From positions 14,694,001-14,758,000 of the forward strand of contig OZ320320.1 of NCBI GenBank assembly GCA_976226885.1: a DNA stretch of 64,000 nt, read 5' to 3'. A program made the translations under genes and the position numbers. The DNA is from Iphione sp. A-MEVVRFRX5. Its lineage: Eukaryota. Positions 12,632 to 23,003 of this stretch are shown here, in pieces. The notes below the pieces were generated by a model that was not told where the DNA came from, ran no database searches, and saw only the letters and a program-made list of their open reading frames with translations. Every line of letters begins with the position of its first letter. The stretch's first letter is position 1.

Positions 12632-13186
12632 ATGTGGGCGTCACCGCATCTCCCTTTCATAGAGGATGTCGCAGAAACTGCCAATCGGTGTGTGGCGTAC
12701 GCTGGTGCGCAGACACGCTCCACTCCAGCATGTAGAACGTGGCCACACGGGCAGGGACACGGGTTACTGCCGACGCCGCCAGTCTCGTACTTGTGCCTGA
12801 CAAAGACATTCGATCGACCTGGACGCCACCTGCATACTGGCTGGGTGCCTCTGTGGGTGTCTGACTCCCTACAAGATGTGGTGGCTTTGGCTCCTCATTC
12901 TGATGTGCATTTTGTAGCTGCATCAGTAAGGCAGAGAAGAGTGGAGGTGTCGGACGACGGGCAGGAGACGACAGCAGACGAAGGGGCGCGAGCTGAGGAT
13001 CTCCGCGTCACGGTTTCAGCAGTTGCAGGCAAGGGCACCCCCGATCCAACCGAGGGCCGGTCAGAAGAGAGACCAGGGACCATCATCCCTATCCCCAGAC
13101 GAAAGCGACAGCAGGTGTCGGCGCACGAGGCACTGATGAGCGAGGCGTTGGGGCGCAAGAGACGAAGGAGCGAGGCAATCCTATAA
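12632..13186 (+). CDS. Hypothetical 184-aa leader ORF of the provirus, with a basic C-terminus
   Basis: Longest ORF between PBS and gag, with PRRKR and RKRRR clusters. No recognised domain. Confidence 0.3.
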   Translation: MWASPHLPFIEDVAETANRCVAYAGAQTRSTPACRTWPHGQGHGLLPTPPVSYLCLTKTFDRPGRHLHTGWVPLWVSDSLQDVVALAPHSDVHFVAASVRQRRVEVSDDGQETTADEGARAEDLRVTVSAVAGKGTPDPTEGRSEERPGTIIPIPRRKRQQVSAHEALMSEALGRKRRRSEAIL

Positions 13187-13493
13187 GTGCATCGGGAAGG
13201 ACGGATGTCGCTGGCCGATGCGCAGATAGTGTGGCGGATGGGCGTAGCGTGAGGAAACCGGAGGACACCGCCACCCGAATTGCGGCCAGGGGCGCCGATC
13301 TTCGACTAAGAACAACGATTGAAAAGAGAGACTATGATGCCGAAAAACAGAATGGACTTGCGACATTGCCAAGGTGAGCGGGAGTTATTTCTGTCCACAA
13401 TTGCCAACCAAGGGTGTTGGGGAATGAGGGCGGACTAGGGCAACTATGAGGGATGGTTGCTGAATTGTAGCTGGGCTGGGACCAGGGAGAGGT

Positions 13494-13652
13494 ATGGAGC
13501 CGCTTGTGTTGGGATGTATGATTGCTATGTTGATGCTGTTGTGTATATTTGTGTTTGCTATGGTAGCTATGACCTGTCGCATGTTGGCCTATGACCCGAT
13601 GGTAGTGACGAGAGCATTCCAGGATGAATCGAGGCCCATAACGCTGGTGTGA
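13494..13652 (+). CDS. 52-aa small single-pass membrane protein ORF upstream of gag
   Basis: MEPLVLGCMIAMLMLLCIFVFAMVAMTCRMLAYDPMVVTRAFQDESRPITLV*. It has an uncharged hydrophobic stretch of about 25 aa, an ATG in good context (GGTATGG), and ends 16 nt before the gag ATG. Too short for the ORF track. Confidence 0.55.
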   Translation: MEPLVLGCMIAMLMLLCIFVFAMVAMTCRMLAYDPMVVTRAFQDESRPITLV

Positions 13653-13668
13653 GGGGTGGAGGATCAGA

Positions 13669-14778
13669 ATGAACCGTGATGTCCGACCCTCGCGCTTCCA
13701 TATTCCACAGTTTCAATCTCCAGTTACCCCTCAGGGCGGCCTCTCGGATGTTGAGTGGGATGAACATGCACAGCCGGGACCTTCGGGAGGCGCAGATCGG
13801 TTCCCTGAAGGGCCTGCCAGTGGGATGAATCATAACTCTGAGGATGCTGCTTTACAACAGTGCTTTCAGGGCATTGATCGAAATTTGACTCGGGTGACAG
13901 ATAATTTAACATTACAAGGGGCTAGACAGGGTGTGACAACTTTTGATGGGAAACCAAAACACTTCAAGACGTGGATGAAGTCCATCGAACATGCCGCTCG
14001 GAGCTATGTGAGCGCACCGGGGGTGGCTGTTCGGTTTAAGCAAAAATTGGCACAGCTAACGGCGGAAGGGTCGGTAGCCGATTTTATTATTTGGTACCTG
14101 GAGGAACAAGACGATAATTTGCATCAACAACAGATGGGTGTTGATGAGCCGGTGCTGACGCCAGAAGTGTGGGTAGAATTCAAGGCTAGGCTGTCCCATT
14201 GTTTTGGAGAAGTCATTGACCCCGTTCATGCAAAGGGACTTCTAAGAAAGTGCAAATGGCGATCTGATGAAGCCGTGTACGTATATTCCGAACGACTATT
14301 AGATCTGGCTAAAGATGCATTTGATGAAGACGAGTTGCAACAACCAGCAGTGCAACTACAGATAGTTGAGTTCTTTGTGGACGGGTTGAAAAACCCTAAG
14401 GTAGCTAGGAAGGTCATACGTGAACGACCGACGCAGTTCATGGATGCAGTTAAAACAGCAGGAGGGGAGACGGAGGTTCTCCGATGTTTTACTCTGCGAG
14501 GCAGGGATGAGCACACTCCTATGGAAGTTGATGTAGTTGATGCAGAGAAAAAGCGGGTAATGTCCGGAGCATGTTACTGTTGTGGAAAGAAAGGTCATTT
14601 TGCTAAAAACTGTTTTGCAGCCAAGGGTAGACAGACAAGGGCTCAAGGGGGTAATCCTTCGATGGCTGGGGCAGAGGCCTCGAGGGTGAAGAAGGTCCAG
14701 TGCTACAATTGCAAAAAAATTGGGCACTACTAGTCCCAGTGCCCATCTAATAAGAATAACTCCTCTCAGGGGAATTAG
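13669..14778 (+). pseudogene. gag: Gag (capsid-like domain plus two CCHC knuckles); TAG at 14731-14733 interrupts the second knuckle
   Basis: FDG...W, PMEVD, CYCCGKKGHFAKNC and CYNCKKIGHY*SQC motifs. The frame continues to the likely natural end QGN* at 14776-14778. Confidence 0.9.
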
Positions 14779-14792
14779 GTCTCTAGAACAGG

Positions 14793-17700
14793 ATGTTGGG
14801 AATGGAACGACCAACGATTAAAATTCAAGTGGGGCCCTTTGGGTATCGGGCTCTGTTGGATACTGGTGCAGATGTGTCGATTGTGCGAGAGGATATATAC
14901 CAACTGTTGAAACGAAAAGGGTTGGCCCGAGATGTGGTTGATGTACCCACCACGCTTAAGAGTGTGGGGGGCAGGGTGCTGGAGCAACGGGGTGTAGCTC
15001 GGATTGTGTTCCGAATACAACAAACCCACTTTGAGGTGGACTTTCGGGTGTTGACGAAGACCCGACACACCTTCATTCTTGGGTGGGATTGGTTGAGCCG
15101 ACACTCTGTACAGCTTATCCCGGGTCAGCAGAAGGTAAGATGTGGTCATTTAACGATACCCATGATAGGGGAAGAAAAACTGGGAACCTTGGTCAGGGCC
15201 GTTGACAGTTCTGTCATCCCTAGTGGTACGATGGTGCTGCAGGGGAGACGACTGTTAAGAGATCCCGATGATGAGGGGGCTCTGGCTATTGTCACGAGCT
15301 CCCAGGAGGGGCCTTTGTCTAGGGAGCCCGGAGTGATGATTGCAAATTGTTTAACTTCCCATTTGAACGGAGACATACCCATGGTTGTCGTGAATGCCAC
15401 TACTCGCACAATTGCCATTAGAACGGGCAATGTGATAGCCAGGTTGGAGGGAGTGAGAGACGAGGCGGTACAAGAGATCAGCCTTATACAGTCTAACCCA
15501 GGGCCGACAGAGAGAATGATTCCAGAGGCAGCTACTACATTAGAAGAGTTGTTAGCACTAAACGAGGATCTTTTCGCAGCGTCCGACATAGAGTTAGGAC
15601 GAACCCACCTCCTTACGATGGACATTGATACGGGGTTACACGCCCCTATAGCGCAGAAACCCTACCATACTCCGCTTTTGCGTCAAGGAGTAGTGGAAGA
15701 AAAGATTCAAGGCATGTTGGATGCAGGTATTATACAGCCAAGCCATAGTCCGTGGGCGTCACCGATTGTTTTAGTGGAAAAGAAGGATGGCAGCCAACGG
15801 TTCTGTGTGGATTATAGGAAGGTTAATGACGTGACCTCCAAGTTTAATTGGCCACTTCCACGCATTGATGACATTTTGGCGAGGTTGGGCGGTAGCACCT
15901 GCTTCTCTACGCTTGATTTGAGGAGTGGATATCATCAGGTGCCCATGAATGAAACCTCCCGGCCTAAAACGGCATTCGCTTGCCATGCAGGGTTATTTGA
16001 GTTTAACGTCATGCCTTTTGGGTTGTGTAATGCTCCAAGCGTGTTCTGCAAATTAATGGCAAAAGTATTAGATGGGATAAATGGCACGTTTACCACCGCA
16101 TATATAGATGATATTTTGATCTGGTCTCCAGACGAAGCTATGCACTTGTGCCACTTGCAAATGGTTTTTGACCGGTTAAGGCAGGCAGGCCTGAAACTGA
16201 AGTGCTCTAAGTATGAGTTTTTCACATCGCGAATTCGATACTTGGGACACGTTGTGACCCCAGAGGGCATGCAACCGGATATGGAGAAGGTGGAGAGTAT
16301 TGCCGAACTCGATCCACCTCGAGACGTGAAGGGGGTGCGGTCCTTTATAGGGATGGCTAGTTTCTATAGGCGATATGTGCCCACCTTCGCGTCGATTGCT
16401 GAACCCCTTATTGCCATGACCCGGAAACATGCGGAGTTCATGTGGACTGACGAGTGCCAGTCCGCCCGTGAACAGCTGAAGGATAGATTAACTCACCCCC
16501 CTGTTTTGGCGTTCCCGAGATTCGATCGAATCTTCATCTTGTATACTGATGCAAGCGACACTTGCATAGGGGCAGTTTGGGCCCAAGAGTTTGAAGACGG
16601 TGAACGTCCCATACAGTATATGTCACATCATTTGAGTGATACCCAACGAAGCTGGCCCGTGATTGAAAAGGAAGGGTATGCCATTGTGTCAGCCATTCGC
16701 AAGTTCCGCTCGTACTTATACGGACATAGGTTCATTGTCAGAACAGACCATAAACCTTTGCAATTTTTGTTTAAGTCTGAACAAAAGAACGCTAAAGTGC
16801 AGCGTTGGGCTATGCAACTGTCCGAGTACAACTGCAAAATTGAATATATCCCCGGGAAGCAGAATATTCCCGCTGATACCTTGAGTAGGCTCTGGTCCAA
16901 GCGCAATGAAGGCGTGTCCACGGAAGAATTGGCTCCAGTGGAAGGGACGGATACAGACGAGGAGTCAGGGGCCCTTAATGACTCTTCCTCTGTTCAGGGC
17001 CAGGAGAGTGAGCATCCGAATACTCCCAAGACCGACTTGGAGGGAGAGGACGTACCACTGATTCGCGAAACGGACGTGCGAGATGTAGATATGGCAAGGG
17101 CACAGGCGCAGGATCCTGAATGCCAGCGGTTAAAGGAAGGGCCAAAATTTGTGTGACTAGAAGGATTGTGGTACTATGTGAGCAAGCGTCCGGAAGCTTG
17201 CTTGCGAGTAGTGGTACCACAGGTGTTCCATAATACAGTATTGGATCAGCAACACGATCGAATGGGGCACATGGGGATTGATAAAATGTATGATCGCATA
17301 CGCGGACTGTATTACTGGAAAAATCTGTATGTAGACGTAGTGAAATATATCAGGCGATGTGTGGAATGTAACACGCGGAACCTGAGGAGGCAGCTGAGAC
17401 CGCTGCAAGAAATGGAGAGTATTGTCTTTCCGTTTCAGAAGGTCGCAGTTGACACATGTGGGCTGTATCCCGAGTCCAAGGCGGGGTATAAGTATGTGTT
17501 GTCCTTGATCGATGTCTATTCCGGATGGCCAGAGTTGTTCCCTATGAGGGATAAGAGGGCCATGATGGTCGCACAGATCCTAGCGACGGACATTATACCC
17601 AGACACAGATGTCCTGTGGTATTATTGTCAGACAATGGGACGGAATTTGTTAACGAAGTGGTCGCAGGACTCTGTAAGGAACTCGGCGTTGTGCGTATCA

Positions 17701-18308
17701 CCACTAGTCCGTACCATCCAGCGGCAAACGGTAAGGTCCAGCGCATGCACCGAGTGTGGAATGATATCGTGGCTAAGTTGACGTTGAGCGATATGGCGCA
17801 CTGGGAGGAGGTGGTTCCCTCAGCTTTGTTGGCCATGCGTATGAGTACGAATGAGTCAACTAAGTATACCCCTTTTTACTTGCTGCATGCAAGGGACCCA
17901 GTGTTGCCTTTGGACACATTGCTCCAACCCCGTATGCGGTATTACGGGGAGGAACACCATAAATTGGCGGTGCAACGACACCACCAGGCCATGACAGTGG
18001 TACGCCACAATGTCGCTAAGGTGCGGCAACGCATGAAGAAGTATCATGACAAACGTGCCACTGATGTGTCCTTTGAGGTGGGGGATCCTGTTTATATACA
18101 GAACCCCCTCCGGAAGCATAAGCTGGATATGAGATGGCGGCCATATCATCGTATTGTAGAGTGCTTGTCGCCGGTCAACTTTGTGGTCAAGGATCAGATA
18201 ATGGGGAAGTTAAGTAAGGTCCACAGTGATCGTCTTCGGTTAGCAGACCTGGACTGGAGGCTTCTGCAGAAACGCGAAGAGACCGCGCCGGCGTGTTGCT
18301 TTAGCTGA
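14793..18308 (+). pseudogene. pol: Pol: protease, RT, RNase H, integrase; in-frame TGA at 17154-17156
   Basis: PR LLDTGAD; RT PWASPIVLV, CVDYRKVN, YIDD; RH YTDAS, TDHKPL, ADTLSR; IN HDRMGH...CVEC, VDT, SDNGTEF. The third catalytic position reads Q (VQRMHR). Pol is in the -1 frame relative to gag, with a TAG at 14784-14786 just upstream of the ATG. Confidence 0.93.
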
Positions 18309-18327
18309 CAGTCCCTCTCCATCTGAC

Positions 18328-18948
18328 TTGGACTCAGCGGAGGAGGATGGGTCCGAAAGTGGTTCGGAGTTCTCTTCGGAAGATGAAATCCCATTAGCCC
18401 AGTTGTTTGGAAGAGAACGGCAGCATGACGTGCTGCAGGCTATCAACCCCAATCCCGAGGGGGAAGGGAGGGTTGAGGTGGAGGGCCCCACGGGAAGCGC
18501 AAGTCCACCGAGACAGGTGCATGGTCCTGTGGTTCATCATGAAAACCCTGACTCGGTGGCCGCGAGTCAAGGCGGAGGGTCAGGAGGGTTGCAAGACCAT
18601 GTGGAAGGACAACCCGAACCAGCTGTTCCGACCTTGACAGCTGTTGACCCGATGGATATCCTGCAGAGTACAGAGAGAGGGGAAGTAAGTAGTCAGGCTG
18701 TGGTAAAACCTAGGGTAGAGGGCCACGGGTTGGCATCCTACCGAACAAGATCAGTGGTCAAGCGGGAGCAAAGCATGATGGATGAGCTACCGCCAGTAGA
18801 AAAACGAGCTAGGTCTGACCAACAAGTGGTTGTTGTGGAGGAAGAAATTAGTCAAACAATGGATGCATTAGTTGATGTGTTAGCACAGTTAGATGAAGTG
18901 GCTGATGTATTGTGTGCTGCATTGAAAATAGAGAAGAGTGAACCATGA
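18328..18948 (+). CDS. Acidic low-complexity ORF, probably the frameshifted C-terminal tail of Pol
   Basis: Its frame is open back to about 18280, overlapping the end of IN. Restoring 2 nt in GAAGAGAC would fuse it to IN. It is in frame with env and separated from it by TGA TTA. Confidence 0.5.
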   Translation: MDSAEEDGSESGSEFSSEDEIPLAQLFGRERQHDVLQAINPNPEGEGRVEVEGPTGSASPPRQVHGPVVHHENPDSVAASQGGGSGGLQDHVEGQPEPAVPTLTAVDPMDILQSTERGEVSSQAVVKPRVEGHGLASYRTRSVVKREQSMMDELPPVEKRARSDQQVVVVEEEISQTMDALVDVLAQLDEVADVLCAALKIEKSEP

Positions 18949-18951
18949 TTA

Positions 18952-21132
18952 ATGCGGTGCTCTTCTTTGGTTCCAGGTGGCCTCTTGGTTCTGGTGTTGT
19001 TGTCGTGGGTTGGCCAATCGCAGGAAGGCTCCTTGGAAAATGTGATCTTCAAAAAGAGGTTGGATGTGAGGTCGGTATTGTCCACTTGGCGGATTGATCT
19101 GGTGTCGGAGTACGATCAGTACAAGAAAACCAGCTATGATTTGCAAGAACAACTGAACGAGACTCGACATGGGTTCTTAAAGACGGCGTATTTGGTTATG
19201 CCGCCACGTCACCGTTATGGGAACCGTATGCGTACGGAAACTGTCACGCGAACCCTGATGAGGTCACAGTTGGATCGAGCGGATGTATTGTTAGATCAAA
19301 TACATCTGAGCCTGCAGCGGATTAACAACATAGCGCGGCTCAGGGTACAGACTCGGCGTATTCCGTTTGCTACGGTTCATGACCCTGCTTTGAACCGTAC
19401 GAGGCATAGGAGGAAACGTGCAGTCATGGTGGCAGCTGTGGCCGGTCTTATCACCTTGGTCTCTGGCACCGCTACTGGTTTCGGTGTGGTGGGAAATGAG
19501 ATCCATGTTATCAAACACCGAGTAGGACAAATGGAGAGACAACAGCTGGAGATGTTGACTATCATGGGGGACATGATGACTATTATCAACCAAACTCGGA
19601 TGGATATCAGGCGCAACCGAGATGGTATTAATGACGTGATGCATAAGTTGCAATTGGTAGAAGGAGACTTATGGGAGGCTTTACAGCAAGCTAGCAATAT
19701 CACTGCTAAGGAGATACAATACATACACACCATCCTGAACGCCGAACAATATTTCTCACAGTTTGAGTATCAGGTGTCGGCTTGGGAGGGTGCAGTTGGC
19801 CAACTTGAGGCCCGAGTGGATCATCTGTTAGGGGGGCATTTGACACCGGAGGTCGTTCCGGCTACTGAATTAAAGGAGCTGCTCGCCAATGTGGCCCGGC
19901 AGTTGCCTCCAACACTCCAACTGCCATTCGATCCCGATGATGTATGGAGCTATTATAGTACTTTGGAGACAACTACCATCATCTTCGAGGGCCGTATTAT
20001 TACTTCCGTGAGTGTTTCGCTGATCGACCCTATGGCTTCTTATATGATGTATGAAGCTGTGAATATTCCTGTTCCCATACAGGCGGGTCAAGCCATACAA
20101 TTCCGACTAGAGTTTACGTATTTCGGAATAACTAAGGATAGGAGACGTTATGCTATCGCGACTACGGAGGAACTAGTTAGGTGTCAGTTACGAAAAGGTT
20201 CCTGTCTTGTCTCCTCCCCGGTGTATGAACTAAACATGCATTCTTATTGCGTTATGGCAATCTTCCGAGGGGAGGTGGAACGTGTTCGCGAACTGTGTCA
20301 GCGAATTGTGTTGGACAATGTATCTATGCCACAGGCACCATACTTGGATAGAGGCAATTGGGTAGTAACCACACCTGTGGACTTGACCTTACGGATTCAG
20401 TGTGTAAATGGTACTACATATCAGCGAAATGTACCTGTGCCTTTTGCGTTGGTAAACCTGCCGAACGGTTGTGGAGCCGTGGGGGACCAAATGTCCCTGC
20501 CGACTTACTATCAGCAGAGAAGCGAATATGAGGTAGAGCGAGACCCTGTTGTTCTACCCTCTGGATTGGTGGTGAACGAACTTATGGTTTGGACCCCAAA
20601 TCTGCCCGAGGCTTCCAATCACACGGCGAACTTGCATCCGCTTCTGGCGTTGTTGGAATCAGACATGGCAGACATCATGCAACATATCAATAACTTACAT
20701 GACTGAGTGGCTGACAATCCCTTGTTGCCGGGTACGTCAGTGACCTCTACTATCATCTGGGCATTAGGAGGACTGAGTTCGGCGTTGACTTTGGGAATGT
20801 GCTGTTATTGCTGCTTGTGTAAGAAGGGAAGATGGAGGCGCTTAGCTCAGCAAGCACCTATGGGGCCGCGGGGGTCGGGAAACGGGTCGGCTCCCATTAC
20901 AATTAATTTGGGGGAAACCAGTTCTAAAGATAGCCCTGAACGAGTGCGACCCACTAACGCTGCCCTTACGTATGCTATTCCACCCCTGCCTGAGCCTGAA
21001 AGAGTAGTGCCTGAGTGTGCTGTCCGTTTGTCCAATGGACCGTCCCAACAGCTTGAAGTTTTCAGACCAGAGGGCAATGTGGGGGCGCATGCAACGGCCC
21101 CCAGGAAGTATCCCTTCTCTGTATTTCAATAG
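18952..21132 (+). pseudogene. env: Envelope, class I fusion glycoprotein (baculovirus F / errantivirus Env-like); in-frame TGA at 20704-20706 before the TM anchor
   Basis: Signal-like N-terminus, furin site RRKR (19408-19419), hydrophobic fusion peptide AVMVAAVAGLITLVSGTATGFGVVG, heptad-rich region, Cys-rich block and 7 ectodomain N-glycosylation sequons. The same frame continues (20707-21132) into a TM segment IIWALGGLSSALTLGMCCYCCLC followed by KKGRWRR. About 726 codons in total. Confidence 0.88.
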
Positions 21133-21946
21133 ATGGGTTGAGGTACATGGTTGGCGGGTGGAGAGAAGATCTCCCGCTCAAGATGTGCTGTTGTTATGGT
21201 ATTGTCGACGGGAGTTTCAGACCAGTGGGTCTTTTGCTCAAAATGTGTTGTTGTTGCTGTTATTCTTAAAAGAATGATACAGTATCAAAAAAAAAAATAT
21301 ATATATATACATTGAGTGTATTCAACGAATGTTGTGTCATGTAATGTGTGTGTGTAACTACATTTAACTGTTCAATGAAGGTGTGATAGTCCAAGGACCA
21401 ACGGTAATGGATTGTAAGCGATTGTGTTACATATTGCCTGCTCGGAGGATATGATCGTTCAAGAGGTGTAAAGGGAAGTTAGCAACGGGAAGGCGCATGA
21501 CCATCATGGAAGATCGAGAGGACAGGGCTCCCAGTTGTACATATCGTTTTGGAGCACCCTCCTCTTGGCGCTCTATAGGGTATGGTCTGAGCCTTAGGGC
21601 CGCCATTCTTTTACTCTTTCCTAGGAAACCAAGATAAACTTCCAAAAGTGGGCCAGACACAAGTCTGTTACCCCTACCTGTGGAAGGTCTCTCATGGTCA
21701 GGTAGCGAGTCTGAGCTCGAATGTCCTTAGCTCTTGGTTTCCATTCTTGGTCAACTGACCCTCTATCTCTTTCCTTTCTTTTCCTTGGCCGGTTGTGGAA
21801 GTGATCGCATCCCTCAAAATGAACCACCTCTGTTTAGTATGCCAGTTGGGCAGAGGGCGGTTGGTCTGTTTGGTGAATGACCTCTCTTGAATGACCTCTC
21901 ATGAATGGCCTTCTCTCAAAGGCCTTGTAATGAGAATATTACTCTC

Positions 21947-21960
21947 AAGGAGGGGAGGGA
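21947..21960 (+). promoter_or_regulatory. Polypurine tract
   Basis: AAGGAGGGGAGGGA directly abuts the 3' LTR. Confidence 0.9.
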
Positions 21961-22438
21961 TGTGACACAGTACGGTTATAAGTTAAGAACATATGCATGT
22001 GAAAAGGGATGTACTGTGTCTATATAGTGTACAGTTATACGCAGTAAAGAAGGGCCTTTTACTGGTGACGCAGTTTAAAATTTTTCGCTTGGCGTACGTG
22101 ATGCCTAAAGTGTAAACAGGTTGATCCTTATCTTGTTAACGAAGTGGCTATTACAATTAACAAGGTATTATCAGCAATGAGCACGTGATACTGTAACCAG
22201 TTGGAGTCGACACAATGGTTGATCAATCGTGTGCTGTCTAACGAGACATCCGCTGTTGATAACACAGCAAGTTTCGCATATTTTCGTTAGCGTGTTTACG
22301 TCACTAAGTTGTATATAAGGATTGACGTGCGCGTCCCTAGTTGGGATCCGCCTGAGACGACCGTGTAACCTGTGTTGCTGCGTTTCTGCAATAAAGGCCG
22401 GACGATTGAAGAACCTGCTTGTGGTGTCTTTTGTTACA
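21961..22438 (+). repeat. 3' LTR
   Basis: 478-bp copy of 12093-12570, followed by the TSD ACAT. Confidence 0.97.
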
Positions 22439-23003
22439 ACATTTGTATCAATCAGATGCTGACCAGATGACATGCACTTACCGTAGCTCAGCAGTATAAT
22501 GAGAAGGCCAAGTCACTTTCTGTAGGACCGAATTGCTCTATTCAATTGAATTCAATTTCAATTACGTAGGAACGGATCGCTAGACATACAGGGAGAGGTA
22601 ACAGACAACTTGATGATAGTATGACAATGCGACTGTGATTGAAGGGAGGACCAGATACGGTTGTGTTTGCATGTACAACACACGTTAGACGTGCTTAACC
22701 CTGAAAGTTTATGCAACATCCAGATTGATCAGGGTGGCCTGTCTGCTTTAACAAGTATCTAATCAGGTCTAAGTCAGGTGCCTCACATGAAATGAAGCAC
22801 GAGGGCTTCACGCCCGAGTGCTTTTATGAAGAGTAACTGCCCACCTAGGACCTTATGTAATTTAAAGTACCCACCCAGCATCTGTGTGATTTGTCAGTTA
22901 AAGACGATAGACAAATGGGCTTTTAAAGTAGAGAGAGAGGTATTTATAGAAAGCTTAATGATATATATATTTACACTGGTGGTTACAGCAAAGATGCATT
23001 TAA

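Larger units (their letters stand above)
12093..22438 (+). mobile_element. Full-length env-bearing Ty3/Gypsy LTR retrotransposon (endogenous retrovirus-like), inactivated by point lesions
   Basis: Paired 478-bp LTRs with TG...CA ends, 4-bp TSD ACAT (12089-12092 and 22439-22442), PBS, PPT, and gag, PR-RT-RH-IN and env in order. Confidence 0.97.

Noticed and set aside
14226-18150. Many minus-strand ORFs over gag and pol
   Set aside because: They are antisense shadows of the GC-richer coding frames and have no recognisable motifs.
14793-18308. Assignment of the env-bearing element to true Retroviridae or to Bel/Pao or Copia
   Set aside because: PR-RT-RH-IN order, YIDD with Gypsy-type RT/RH motifs and a 4-bp TSD fit Ty3/Gypsy. 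A phylogeny is still needed for the clade.
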